Shown here piece by piece: positions 39,997 through 50,155 of a stretch of DNA of 64,000 nt (its first letter is position 1; each line of letters opens with the position of its first letter). The position numbers were made by a program, and so were the translations under genes. The notes beneath the pieces were generated by a model. That model worked only from the letters and a program-made list of their open reading frames with translations, did not search any database and had not been told where the DNA came from. The stretch spans positions 64,001 through 128,000 of the forward strand of contig CAWBQK010000002.1 of NCBI GenBank assembly GCA_963791045.1, in the 5' to 3' direction. Origin of the DNA: Candidatus Latescibacterota bacterium (GTDB taxonomy: Bacteria > Krumholzibacteriota > Krumholzibacteriia > WVZY01).

Positions 39997-40713
39997 ATGT
40001 TACGACTAGGTGTAAATGTGGATCACGTTGCCACCGTTCGCGAGGCCAGAAAGACCGTCGAGCCCGATCCCGTGGCGGCCGCCGTGGCTGTGGAGATGGC
40101 TGGAGCCGACCAGGTGACAATCCATCTGCGCGAGGACCGCCGGCACATTCAGAACCGCGACGCGCGTATCATCCGCGAGGTCGTCCAGACGGCAGTCAAT
40201 CTCGAGATGGCCGCGACGGCCGAGATGCAGGAAATCGCCCTGGCCCTCCACCCGGACTCGATCACCCTCGTTCCCGAAAAGCGTGAGGAAGTGACCACCG
40301 AGGGCGGTCTCGATCTCAAAAACGCCCCGCCGGCCGTCGGGGACCTGGTCACAACTCTAAAAGACGCTGGGATAAAAGCTTGCGCGTTTCTTGATCCGGA
40401 TATCGACCAGATCCGGCAGGCGGCACACTTCCGTTTTGACGCGGTCGAGATCCACACGGGCTCATACGCCAACGCCCCGGGGAAGAAACAGGCAGAGGAA
40501 CTCCAGAAAATAAAAGACGTTGCGGCGGCAATCCGCCATCTGGGGATGGGTGTCCACGCGGGTCACGGGCTCACCTATCACAATGTCGCGGCGATCGTCA
40601 AAATCCCGGAGATCACCGAGCTCAATATCGGCCACTCGATCATTTCGAGAGCCATTTTTGTCGGCCTCGAACGGGCCACGAGAGACATGCTCAAAACCAT
40701 GGGTCGGCTATAG
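39997..40713 (+). CDS. pdxJ: Pyridoxine 5'-phosphate synthase
   Basis: LGVNVDHVATVR, HLREDRRHI, VPEKREEVTTEGG, HAGHGL, ELNIGHSII. Confidence 0.97.
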   Translation: MLRLGVNVDHVATVREARKTVEPDPVAAAVAVEMAGADQVTIHLREDRRHIQNRDARIIREVVQTAVNLEMAATAEMQEIALALHPDSITLVPEKREEVTTEGGLDLKNAPPAVGDLVTTLKDAGIKACAFLDPDIDQIRQAAHFRFDAVEIHTGSYANAPGKKQAEELQKIKDVAAAIRHLGMGVHAGHGLTYHNVAAIVKIPEITELNIGHSIISRAIFVGLERATRDMLKTMGRL

Positions 40714-40737
40714 GTTCTTGTCTGAATGAGATTTCCG

Positions 40738-40765
40738 TTGACTCTGACCCGATAACTAGTATAAT
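40738..40765 (+). promoter_or_regulatory. Sigma-70 promoter for secDF
   Basis: TTGACT-N16-TATAAT about 200 nt before secD. Confidence 0.6.
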
Positions 40766-40966
40766 TCTTTCTCTGTTTTAGTTGCTAATTTCTCACCCCG
40801 TTTCAAAGCAGAGCATTCCTTCTCAACTCGTGAGGAACTCTTAGCCGGTCGGGTTGTGGCCGGTGCGTCGCGGGTTTGTAAATGGATTAAGACCATGGGA
40901 TCCGGCCCGATCCCGTGGATGGGTTGAGGTAGCCAGGGCACCGAAGTGAGGTCTCGAGGTTTATTT

Positions 40967-42700
40967 ATGAAAAAATGGAGATATATTTTTATCGTCGCGG
41001 TTCTGTTGTATAGCGCGTGGTCATTGATCCCGACGATACGGTTCTACAGTATGTCCGAGGAAGCGCGCAATCAGCTCACTGCCGAACAAAAGGCCGGTTA
41101 CGCCGATTCGGCGATCAAGCTTGGTCTTGACCTCCAGGGCGGTATGCATCTCGTCCTTGAGATTGATGACACGGAATTGGACGACGACGCGAAGAAAGAT
41201 GCGCTCGACCGCGTCCTTCGAATTATCCGTAATCGCGTCGACCAGTTCGGAGTATCGGAACCGATCATCCAGAAGCAAGGGAGCAAGCGAATTATCGTCC
41301 AGCTTCCCGGGCTACAGGATGCCGAACGCGCCAAGAGCCTGATCGGGCAGACGGCGCTTCTCGAGTTCCGCCTCGTGCGCGAGCAAGACGATATCCGGCG
41401 AGTGATTCGCGATCTCGATCGCGCTCTCATGGGTGTTGAAATCAAGGGATCGGTCGTCGACACGACCGGCGCGGTAAACGATACGACATCGACGGCAAGC
41501 GCCGCGACCGATGTCGCCGCCGAGACTCCCGATGCGCCGATGGACACGACACTTGCCGCCGATATGCAGGAATCCACGGCTTTCGATTCGCTCATTCCGG
41601 ATATTCCGGGGACCGAAGAACTCGAAGTTCCTCTCCAGGACATCGCAAAGGACCGGCCGTTCTCGTCATACCTAATGACGCTCTACAGCGGGGCCGCCGT
41701 TATCGATGAGAGAAACCGTGAGGCCGTCGACCTGCTTCTCAACACCGAGCAGGCCAAACGTGTAATACCAAGACAATCTGAATTTCTATGGGAGGCCGAC
41801 GCCCGTCCGCTCGAGGGTGGCGGGATCGGTCGTCTTCTCTATTTGGTTGAGATTCGTCCGACACTTACCGGTAGCACACTCATCAACGCCACCACCCGTC
41901 CCGATCCGGACGATCCGAGTTCACTCAATGTGGCGTTCCAGCTCAACCGTGAAGGCGCGCTTATTTTCTCGCGCTTCACCGGTGAGAACATCGGCCGACA
42001 GATCGCGATCGTTCTCGACCGCCGTGTCAGTTCGGCGCCGGCCGTCCAGACAAAGATCCCGGGCGGAGACGGCCGGATCACAGGCAGCTTTACCGATGAC
42101 GAGGCCAACGACCTCGCGATCGTTCTTCGCGCCGGTGCGCTTCCCGCGCCCGTCGAGATTATTGAAGAGCGAACGGTGGGTCCGACCCTCGGTCATGACT
42201 CGATCATCCTTGGGGTTCGAGCCGCGGTTATCGGGTTCATCCTCGTGATGATCTTTATGCTTATCTATTACAAACTATCCGGCCTGTTGGCGTGTGCGGC
42301 GCTTGTCGTTAACCTCGCCATCGTTCTTGCCGCATTGGCCGTGCTCGGCGCCGCGCTCACGTTGCCCGGTATTGCGGGGTTGATTCTCACGATTGGTATG
42401 GCGGTTGATGCCAACGTGCTGATCTTCGAACGCATCCGCGAAGAGTTGGCCAAGGCCAAGACGGTGCGAAGCGCCATCGACAGCGGTTACGATCGCGCGT
42501 TTACAACCATTCTCGACGCCAACCTTACCACATTGATCACCGCCTTCGTGTTGTGGCAGTTCGGCACAGGCCCCATCAAGGGTTTTGCGACGGTATTGAG
42601 TATCGGCATCATCGCGAGTATGTTCACCGCGCTCATGTGCACGAGGGTCGTTTACCATATGATCACGTCGAAATGGTCACTCCGGAAATTGAGTATCTAG
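40967..42700 (+). CDS. secD: Protein translocase subunit SecD
   Basis: LGLDLQGG, RVDQFGVSEP, LRAGALPAP, VGPTLG, IGMAVDANVLIFERIREE. Confidence 0.97.
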   Translation: MKKWRYIFIVAVLLYSAWSLIPTIRFYSMSEEARNQLTAEQKAGYADSAIKLGLDLQGGMHLVLEIDDTELDDDAKKDALDRVLRIIRNRVDQFGVSEPIIQKQGSKRIIVQLPGLQDAERAKSLIGQTALLEFRLVREQDDIRRVIRDLDRALMGVEIKGSVVDTTGAVNDTTSTASAATDVAAETPDAPMDTTLAADMQESTAFDSLIPDIPGTEELEVPLQDIAKDRPFSSYLMTLYSGAAVIDERNREAVDLLLNTEQAKRVIPRQSEFLWEADARPLEGGGIGRLLYLVEIRPTLTGSTLINATTRPDPDDPSSLNVAFQLNREGALIFSRFTGENIGRQIAIVLDRRVSSAPAVQTKIPGGDGRITGSFTDDEANDLAIVLRAGALPAPVEIIEERTVGPTLGHDSIILGVRAAVIGFILVMIFMLIYYKLSGLLACAALVVNLAIVLAALAVLGAALTLPGIAGLILTIGMAVDANVLIFERIREELAKAKTVRSAIDSGYDRAFTTILDANLTTLITAFVLWQFGTGPIKGFATVLSIGIIASMFTALMCTRVVYHMITSKWSLRKLSI

Positions 42701-42719
42701 ACAAAGAGGATTTGAGACG

Positions 42720-43625
42720 ATGCAGTTTTTCAAGAGCCCGCATTTTAATTTTATCGGTGTACGGCGCAAGGTCATTCCCGTTTCGCTCATTCTGATTCTG
42801 ATTGGGCTTGGGTCGGTTGCGATCCACAAAGGATTCAACACGAGTATCGACTTTGCCGGTGGAACGCTCGTCGAGGTCCAGTTCGATCCAGCCGTGTCTC
42901 TTCCGGAAGTCCGCGATGTCATCGAAGGGGCCGGTTTCGCCGGCGCCGAGATCACCAACTTTGGCGGCGAACGCGAAGTTCTTATCAAGATCAAGGCTAT
43001 TGGAGAGGCGGCCGAGGCGGCGCGCCAGATCGAGTCTACCCTCAAAGAATCATTTGCAAGCAATTCGATTGATGTCCGCCGCGTCGAGTCGGTCGGTCCC
43101 AAGATCGGCGGCGAGCTCAAGTCCGCCGCGTTCTGGGCGATCATCTATTCGCTCGCCGGTATCGTAGCCTATATTACCTGGCGGTTCGAGTTCCGGTTTG
43201 CCATTGCCGCGATCATCGCGCTCATCCATGACGTCCTCTTTACATTGGGTTTCTTCTCTCTTGCCAACCGGGAAATTTCGATTCCGGTCATCGCCGGTCT
43301 TCTCACAATTGTCGGGTACTCGTTAAACGATACGATCGTGGTGTTCGACCGTATCCGCGAGAACCTTCATTCCCGGAAGCGCGAGGGATACGCGAACGTC
43401 GTCAATTCCTCGATCAACGAAACGCTCTCGCGAACGGTCATCACATCGCTCACTACAATGATCGTGGTGCTGTGCCTGGTGGTAATCGGCGGGCCGGTTA
43501 TCAGGGATTTCGCCCTGACGCTTCTCGTCGGTGTCGTCGTGGGTACGTATTCGTCGATATTTATCGCGAGTCCGGTGCTCGTCGAATGGGAAGAATTCCG
43601 CGTGAAACGCCGAAAACGCAAGTAG
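42720..43625 (+). CDS. secF: Protein translocase subunit SecF
   Basis: IDFAGG, VGPKIGGEL, HDV, GYSLNDTIVVFDRIRE, GTYSSIFIA. Confidence 0.97.
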   Translation: MQFFKSPHFNFIGVRRKVIPVSLILILIGLGSVAIHKGFNTSIDFAGGTLVEVQFDPAVSLPEVRDVIEGAGFAGAEITNFGGEREVLIKIKAIGEAAEAARQIESTLKESFASNSIDVRRVESVGPKIGGELKSAAFWAIIYSLAGIVAYITWRFEFRFAIAAIIALIHDVLFTLGFFSLANREISIPVIAGLLTIVGYSLNDTIVVFDRIRENLHSRKREGYANVVNSSINETLSRTVITSLTTMIVVLCLVVIGGPVIRDFALTLLVGVVVGTYSSIFIASPVLVEWEEFRVKRRKRK

Positions 43626-43638
43626 TAGATCTACTCCA

Positions 43639-44154
43639 GTGCTTCCAGTCGTTTACAAGATTCTCCTGGTTCTCCTCTACACCCTGATGGGGCTGTCGCT
43701 CTTGTCGACCGTCATTGGTGTGCCCGGCAATTGGATCCTCGTCGGCGCCGCTTTTCTCGTCGGGCTCTTCACCGGTTTCTCCAAGATGACATTCGTTTAC
43801 TTTCTCCTCTGCCTGGGGCTCGCCGTCCTTGGAGAGGTGATCGAGAGCCTCCTCGGCATCGTGATCGTGGCCAAGCGAGGCGGGAGCAAGCTAGGTGTAA
43901 TCGGCTCGGTGCTTGGCGGTTTTGCGGGCGTGATTCTCGGAAGCGGTATCGCCCCACCTCTTGGGAGCGTTATCTTTGGATTTGTCGGCGCGTTTTTTGG
44001 GGCGGTGTTCGGTGAGCTTCTCAAGAACCCCGAAATGAATATCGCGCTCCGCGTCGGCTTCTGGTCGTTCGTCGGACGGATGGCGGCGATGGCCGCCAAG
44101 CTCTCCGTTGGGTGCGTGATCTTTTGGATCATCATCACGACCACCTGGCCCTGA
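43639..44154 (+). CDS. DUF456-type (YqgC-like) small membrane protein
   Basis: Gly-rich hydrophobic helices, GVPGNW, KRGGSK.G..G...G. Confidence 0.8.
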   Translation: MLPVVYKILLVLLYTLMGLSLLSTVIGVPGNWILVGAAFLVGLFTGFSKMTFVYFLLCLGLAVLGEVIESLLGIVIVAKRGGSKLGVIGSVLGGFAGVILGSGIAPPLGSVIFGFVGAFFGAVFGELLKNPEMNIALRVGFWSFVGRMAAMAAKLSVGCVIFWIIITTTWP

Positions 44155-44246
44155 TTTCGTCCTTTTTTTGCTACACACAGACCAAAATCATGGACACTTT
44201 TGAGGGTGGGATTTGTGTAACTCCTTTGTTATCAATGGCAGGGGCA

Positions 44247-44261
44247 TGGCACGGGGATTGC
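44247..44261 (+). promoter_or_regulatory. Sigma-54 (-24/-12) promoter
   Basis: TGGCAC-GGGGA-TTGC, exact consensus, 46 nt before ATG 44308. Confidence 0.8.
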
Positions 44262-44307
44262 CAATTTATACCTGATTAGGCTAACTGCCCCTAAGGGTCA
44301 TGTTGTT

Positions 44308-44862
44308 ATGATAAAAACGGTCATTGTTGGAGTAACGCTCGTATTTCTAGCGGTTTGGGCTATTGGCACACCTGCATCCGCCACTCTCCGATCCTCGTCT
44401 AACGACAAATCCAAAAAGAAAACACTGAACCAGGACCAGGTCAAAGACACCAAAGATACCGAGGTCAAAAAAGCGCCCGACGGGGAAGCCCAGTCGGGGC
44501 CGATTCTGGTGTTTGCCGACATAGAGGCAGGATGGAACAAGGAGCAGGTCGAGAGCATCCTTCAGCATTACGGCAAGGGCAAGGTGGCGATCGCCATCGA
44601 GGGTAGCGGCCCGACGGGCGGGAAGTTCAGCCGCAATCAGAGCTACTATCTGCTCAAGGATCTTTTTACCTATACGATCACGGAGAAATTCGAATTCGTC
44701 CAGTACCGGCATGTTTCCGACGGAGAAGATGATGTGTACGCCGTCGCGGAGCGCGAGTACAAACGAAACGACGATGGGCGGACATTCAAGGATAAGATTT
44801 ATGTGTCCCTCCATGTCGAAGATGATCGTTGGGTTATTAGTGAAATCAAATCCGTCCGCTAG
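44308..44862 (+). CDS. Secreted hypothetical protein (DUF4783-like)
   Basis: Signal peptide; FSRNQSYYLLKDLF and terminal W.ISEI resemble DUF4783/NTF2-like proteins. Confidence 0.6.
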   Translation: MIKTVIVGVTLVFLAVWAIGTPASATLRSSSNDKSKKKTLNQDQVKDTKDTEVKKAPDGEAQSGPILVFADIEAGWNKEQVESILQHYGKGKVAIAIEGSGPTGGKFSRNQSYYLLKDLFTYTITEKFEFVQYRHVSDGEDDVYAVAEREYKRNDDGRTFKDKIYVSLHVEDDRWVISEIKSVR

Positions 44863-45013
44863 CTCCTCTTCTCACACAACACCAGCCTGTTTTCTGGTAT
44901 CCTGTTTGGCAGCTTGAGGTAACCTGGAGAATCCGCTCTCGTGTTTTTGCGGATCTGACGTCTAAAGCGCTCTGATGCGCTGGCGTTTTAGTTTTTGGGG
45001 CTCGATCCAATAC

Positions 45014-48000
45014 ATGCGGACACCACTCAATAGAAAAAACGCCGCGAGAAAGAACGTCGCGCTTGCCGTATCACTCCTTGCATGGGTGATACTTTTTGTG
45101 CGTCAGTATCTTCAGCCGGAGTACATCGCGTGGCTCTCGCCACTCGTTCCGGCTCTTCTCGCTGTCCTCGCCCTGGTCCTGATTGTCCCCGTGGCGTATC
45201 CCACACGTCTCAAGGCGCCCGTCGTGCTTGTGTCCGTCCTGACAGTAATTGCGGGGCTGCTGCTTCTCGGCATACGCGACAAGAGCGAATCGCTCGAGTA
45301 CGAGTGGAACGCAAACACAACACTAGAGATCGGTTCGACTCTCGACGCCGTGGGAAAGCGGATACAAGATCTTCTCGACGTATCGACTACGATAGGCGAG
45401 GACGTGACGACGTTTGTTCGCGGCGATTTGACCGTGGCGGATGCCGATACGATGGGCCTCCGCCTCGACGCCTTCGATATGCTCGGGGCGCTCTCCGAGC
45501 GGATCAAAAAACAAAAACTTCTGCCCGCCGGCACCGAGATAGGGATTCAGCTTTTTGACGCTTCCGGCAAACGAACGGCCTGGGCGGGGTGGCCGCAGCA
45601 ACTCGATTCGCGCGATATGACGTTTGTTGCGAGTGGCAGTGAGCATGTCTACTCGCGCCAGATTTCGCTCTACCGGATATTGACCCACGTCATTCCGGTC
45701 TATCCCGCTTCCCCCGGCGATGCCGGCCGCGACGATGAAGATCCCGAGGCCCTGGTGGCGACGATCGTCGTCGATATGCCGCTCGAGGTGAATTACAAGG
45801 TCAACAACAAGTTCTTGAACAGCACGAGTCTTGCCGACGACATCGCCCGTGGGAGCGCGGCAAACATCCGATTTGATTATCCGCCGCCGACACTGAGTCT
45901 TCCGGAGAACGCCGGATCCTCGGTGCGGGAACCCGTTACCGCGGAACGAATCGGTGAAATCAGCGGAAACGAATCGGTCGGACTCAACGGCCGTGCCGCG
46001 ATTCGAAGTCCGCACTCCAACCCTCTCTTCAATGCGACCGTCTACAGTCCGCCGTTCGATCATTTCGTCGATGGGAGAAACAAACGATTTGTCATATTCG
46101 CCGACCTCGCGGTTCTTCTGGCGCTGCTGATTCTGTTCGGCACATCTCTCAAGAATTTCTCCTCCCGGCTGGTGGGACCCGGAAATGTTCTCAAGGCGGC
46201 GTACCTCGTCGCCGTGTTTGCTCTGATCCGTTATTCACTCCTCTGGCTCCAGCCGGGGCTGTTTGCTTCCCAGGCGGATATGTTCGAACCGGCGGTGTTC
46301 GCTACGCCGATTCTTGGCGGGTTGATGCGAAGCGCCGGGGACCTCTTCATCACTTCGGTATTTTTTGTCGTTGCGTTGTACGGTGTGCTCAAGATCACAC
46401 GCGAACGCAAAACTCCCGCCGGAGAGACTGCGGGGAACCCACCCGGGTATCTTTTTCTTATTAAAGGCGCGTTTGCCGGCGCGTTCGCGATGGGTGTATT
46501 TGAACTGGCGCGGCGGTTTATCGGCAGTGTTGTTACAAATGCCAACCCGCGGTTGGTGGGGGAGACAATTTCTATTTTTGACACGACGGTTGCCGTGCTC
46601 CACCTGAGCGCGTTTCTCATGGTCGCCGGAATTTTTCTCGCGGGAATGATCTTTGTCTGGGGTGTCTACCGTCTCAAGGGGCGCGCCGACACCGGGAGGG
46701 CATCGGTAGTCGCCTCGGTGGTCGTGATCGTTGTTTCACTCGTACTATTTCGAATCGACCTCGCCGTTATCTCACTCCTTGTTCTCTTATTCATGGTGTT
46801 CGCTCCGCGTATCGTCCAGCGGGAAGACCTGGTGTCGATTGTTACCGTTGCGTTTGGTTTTGTCATCATCGTTTCGGCGGCGGCGTATGTGTTCTTCAAC
46901 GATGAATACCAGGAATTGAGACGTACGTTTATCCAGGAGAAAGTCGCCGAGGTCACCGATCCGTCGGACAACTGGAAGGTGTTTATCCTCGAAGACATTC
47001 TAGAGACGTTGTCCCAGGATATTTCGATACGCAGGGCGCTCCGGGACCCATACGAAACAAACCTGCAACGGCTTGCGTTCGACCTGTGGGCGGAAAGCTC
47101 GCTGAGTCTTCTGGGGTACAGTTGTTCGATCAACGTGTTCGACGAGGCGGATAGCATTGTGAGCCGCTTTGCCGTCGAGATGCCGTATCGAATCCGTTCC
47201 GGCGAGGTTCACGAGCGGCTCGAGACGCCATCGACTCAACAATGGGTCGTTTTTGACCTGACGACACAAACGCCGCAAGGCGCGGTTCGATTCTATCGGG
47301 GAATCGTGAACCTCGAGGATTATCTGCTGAACTCCAATGGCGTCGCTCTGCGTATTCCGATTGGAAAGATCGTCGTCGACATCCCGTTTTATTTTGAAAG
47401 CCTGGTGTGGGCGGCACGGACCGGACCCCAGACACCCGAGGTGCTGCGCAACGTTCAGGAAGGCGGGATCGCACCGCGACTCGAGGAAACCGAGGCGCTC
47501 CTTCTCGCACGCCTTCGCGGTTCGCGTGTCTTCGAGTCGTCGAGCGAGTATCTGCCCGTGGGGTACACGTTCGATCCAGGCGCGCTTGAGCGCGCCGCGA
47601 ACCTGGGCTGGCCGTTATTGAAAACCGGTGGGATGACGTACAGGTTTCTTTCTCACCAGACCGACCCGAACGGCACCCAGCTCGTTGCGGGATTCCGCGT
47701 GCCGTCTCCCGCACAGCATCTGCTCCGTTGGTCGACGGTCCTGTCGTTGTACTTCGCCTTTACCGTGACGCTGATTATTTTGATCATCGTGTTGAAACAG
47801 CTTCCGTTTCTCAGCAGGGTGCTGCCAACGCTTACACCCGGGCGGCAGTTTGGATTTCAACAAAAACTCCTGGGTTCGTTTTTGGTCGTCGCGCTTCTTC
47901 CTGCCGTGATCCTCGGTGTGTTCTCGGTTCGGCTCATGAAGGACCGGTTCGTCGAAGAAAACAACAACGAGGCCGTGTTCCGGTCGAACAGCGCGGAGAA

Positions 48001-50011
48001 AGCGCTTTCCAGGCTCATTGTCGATGAACGGGATACCATTCTCGAACATTACGATACGGAGTCGCTCATCGCTGGAGATCTCCCGTCGTTCTGGTCGTAC
48101 GATACATCGCGCCAACTCCTGGTGTGGGTCGAGTCGGCGACTCCGGCTGTGGAAACGGATATTCTCCCCGGCGTCAACGATGGTGGGGGTGGTGCGTTCG
48201 ATGGTGATTACGCGGGCGAGGATTCGACCGTGAGCGCCACGGATGTGGGTCAGGATGGTAATTTAAACTTGGGCAATATTGTCCGACGGGTTTCGCCCAA
48301 CCAGGCCTTTGTTCATTTCAATGGTGGCCGTCCGTATCTTGGCGTCGTGACCGAGCCGTTCACACTTGTGATTGATGGCGAGATGAAAAACTGTGTCGTT
48401 TATTTTGCACGGCTCGTAAACGCCGATCTTCTCGGCGAGGTTTCGGATCAGGTCGGCGCCGATGTCAACTTGTACGAGGGTGGAGAGCTGGTGGGAACGA
48501 GCCGAGAAGGATTGTTGTCCGGTGGCTTTATCAGTTCGATGATGAATGCCGACGCGTTTATGAAAGTATCGATGATGGGTGTCGATCAGTCGCTCGCCAC
48601 CGAACAGGCGGGTCGATACCGCTACCAGGTGGCATACGTTCCGGTGCCGAGCCTCGATCCTTCGGCGAACGCGGCCATCGGCGTGCCGCTCCTCTTCAGG
48701 CCGGAGTCATACACCGTTGAGGTCGAAAAGGCGACGTCGGTGGTCTTGAGTCTTTTCGCACTGCTTTGCGCGGCGACAATCGGCCTCGGCCTTCTTCTCG
48801 CACGCGGGATCTTCGAGCCGTTGAAGGGTCTCCTCGAGGGGACGCGACGGATCGCGCGCGGCGATTTTTCGTTTACTTTGCCGTCAACCAGGCGTGATGA
48901 AATTGGCGCGGTGGTCGAGGCCTTCAATGAAATGACCCACCAGGTGTCGCACTCGCAAGCAGCGCTCGAGGAGCGGCGGCGGTATCTCGAGGTGATTCTC
49001 GTCAACATCGCGGCCGGCGTTATCAGTACCGACTCAGACGATCACGTGCGTGCGGTCAACGAGGCGGCGGAGCGTATTCTTGGTGTACGCGGCGACGATC
49101 TCGTCGGCAAAACGGTTGACGATCTTGTCGACGCCGATGTCCAGCCCGACTTCTTCAAGCGGTTCCGGGACAGCGCCCCCGACGGCTCGCCCGTCGTGTC
49201 GTCCGAAGTCGATGTGGTCATGGGCGGACACAAGCGAACTATCAAATACATGCGCACGGGGATGAGCACCGAGGGGCGTTACCTCGGGACGGTGATCGTG
49301 TTCGAAGACCTCACCGAGCTCATCAACTCCAAAAAACTCTCCGCGTGGGTCGAGATGGCGCGACAGATTGCACACGAAATCAAAAACCCGCTCACTCCCA
49401 TCAAACTCTCCACGCAATTCATGGTCCGTGCGCACCAAGAGAAGTCAGAAGACTTCGACAAGATCTTCACCGAAAGCTCGGAGACGATCATCCAGCAGGT
49501 CGATGTGTTGCGCAATATTGCGAGTGAGTTCTCGAGCTTTGGACGCTTGCAGCAGCTCGATCTCTCCGTCAAACGTATCGTCCCGCTTGTCGAAGATATC
49601 GTCGCGCCGTATCGCCGAAACGCGTCGGGGGTAGGGGTCGCATTTGATGTGTCGTCGCGCGACCTCGAAGCGCTCATTGACCCCGAGGCTTTGCGGAAGA
49701 TCTGCACCAATCTTATCGAGAACGCGATGGAAGCGATGCCCCAGGGCGGCGGGCTTCGTGTCCTCTGTGACGAGGTCCCGTATGACGGCGGCAAAATGGT
49801 TCGGGTGTCGGTGAGCGATACCGGGCCGGGGCTGAGTGACGACGTGCAGGACCGCCTCTTCGAGCCGTACTTTTCTACAAAAACGACCGGCACCGGTCTC
49901 GGGCTTGCTATTTGCCGAAGCCTCTCGCGCGAAATGGGCGGCGAGGTCACTGTCGAGAGCGGCTCCAGCGGCGTCGGTGTCGAGGCCACGCTTTATCTCA
50001 AACCAGCTTGA
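45014..50011 (+). CDS. Very large multi-TM sensor histidine kinase (HAMP-PAS-HisKA-HATPase, NtrY-like)
   Basis: RIARGDF..RRDEIG (HAMP), VNEAAERILG (PAS), MARQIAHEIKNPLTP, NLIENAMEA, DTGPG, FEPYFSTK..GTGLGL. Confidence 0.93.
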   Translation: MRTPLNRKNAARKNVALAVSLLAWVILFVRQYLQPEYIAWLSPLVPALLAVLALVLIVPVAYPTRLKAPVVLVSVLTVIAGLLLLGIRDKSESLEYEWNANTTLEIGSTLDAVGKRIQDLLDVSTTIGEDVTTFVRGDLTVADADTMGLRLDAFDMLGALSERIKKQKLLPAGTEIGIQLFDASGKRTAWAGWPQQLDSRDMTFVASGSEHVYSRQISLYRILTHVIPVYPASPGDAGRDDEDPEALVATIVVDMPLEVNYKVNNKFLNSTSLADDIARGSAANIRFDYPPPTLSLPENAGSSVREPVTAERIGEISGNESVGLNGRAAIRSPHSNPLFNATVYSPPFDHFVDGRNKRFVIFADLAVLLALLILFGTSLKNFSSRLVGPGNVLKAAYLVAVFALIRYSLLWLQPGLFASQADMFEPAVFATPILGGLMRSAGDLFITSVFFVVALYGVLKITRERKTPAGETAGNPPGYLFLIKGAFAGAFAMGVFELARRFIGSVVTNANPRLVGETISIFDTTVAVLHLSAFLMVAGIFLAGMIFVWGVYRLKGRADTGRASVVASVVVIVVSLVLFRIDLAVISLLVLLFMVFAPRIVQREDLVSIVTVAFGFVIIVSAAAYVFFNDEYQELRRTFIQEKVAEVTDPSDNWKVFILEDILETLSQDISIRRALRDPYETNLQRLAFDLWAESSLSLLGYSCSINVFDEADSIVSRFAVEMPYRIRSGEVHERLETPSTQQWVVFDLTTQTPQGAVRFYRGIVNLEDYLLNSNGVALRIPIGKIVVDIPFYFESLVWAARTGPQTPEVLRNVQEGGIAPRLEETEALLLARLRGSRVFESSSEYLPVGYTFDPGALERAANLGWPLLKTGGMTYRFLSHQTDPNGTQLVAGFRVPSPAQHLLRWSTVLSLYFAFTVTLIILIIVLKQLPFLSRVLPTLTPGRQFGFQQKLLGSFLVVALLPAVILGVFSVRLMKDRFVEENNNEAVFRSNSAEKALSRLIVDERDTILEHYDTESLIAGDLPSFWSYDTSRQLLVWVESATPAVETDILPGVNDGGGGAFDGDYAGEDSTVSATDVGQDGNLNLGNIVRRVSPNQAFVHFNGGRPYLGVVTEPFTLVIDGEMKNCVVYFARLVNADLLGEVSDQVGADVNLYEGGELVGTSREGLLSGGFISSMMNADAFMKVSMMGVDQSLATEQAGRYRYQVAYVPVPSLDPSANAAIGVPLLFRPESYTVEVEKATSVVLSLFALLCAATIGLGLLLARGIFEPLKGLLEGTRRIARGDFSFTLPSTRRDEIGAVVEAFNEMTHQVSHSQAALEERRRYLEVILVNIAAGVISTDSDDHVRAVNEAAERILGVRGDDLVGKTVDDLVDADVQPDFFKRFRDSAPDGSPVVSSEVDVVMGGHKRTIKYMRTGMSTEGRYLGTVIVFEDLTELINSKKLSAWVEMARQIAHEIKNPLTPIKLSTQFMVRAHQEKSEDFDKIFTESSETIIQQVDVLRNIASEFSSFGRLQQLDLSVKRIVPLVEDIVAPYRRNASGVGVAFDVSSRDLEALIDPEALRKICTNLIENAMEAMPQGGGLRVLCDEVPYDGGKMVRVSVSDTGPGLSDDVQDRLFEPYFSTKTTGTGLGLAICRSLSREMGGEVTVESGSSGVGVEATLYLKPA

Positions 50012-50155
50012 TCCGTCTGCACGCCTTCCCGCCCGCTGGGGACGGTTGATCCATGCCTGCAACCTGCGGGGAACTCGTCAGACACAAAATCGATTTCTTA
50101 AGCGGACAGTCTCGATGGTTTTGTTGTCCCGCACCGGCAGGCCATGGTTCCACAT

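Noticed and set aside
40766-40945. Arrest-peptide uORF (VemP/Apd-like) upstream of secD
   Set aside because: No ORF with a signal peptide or RAPP-like motif in the frames read
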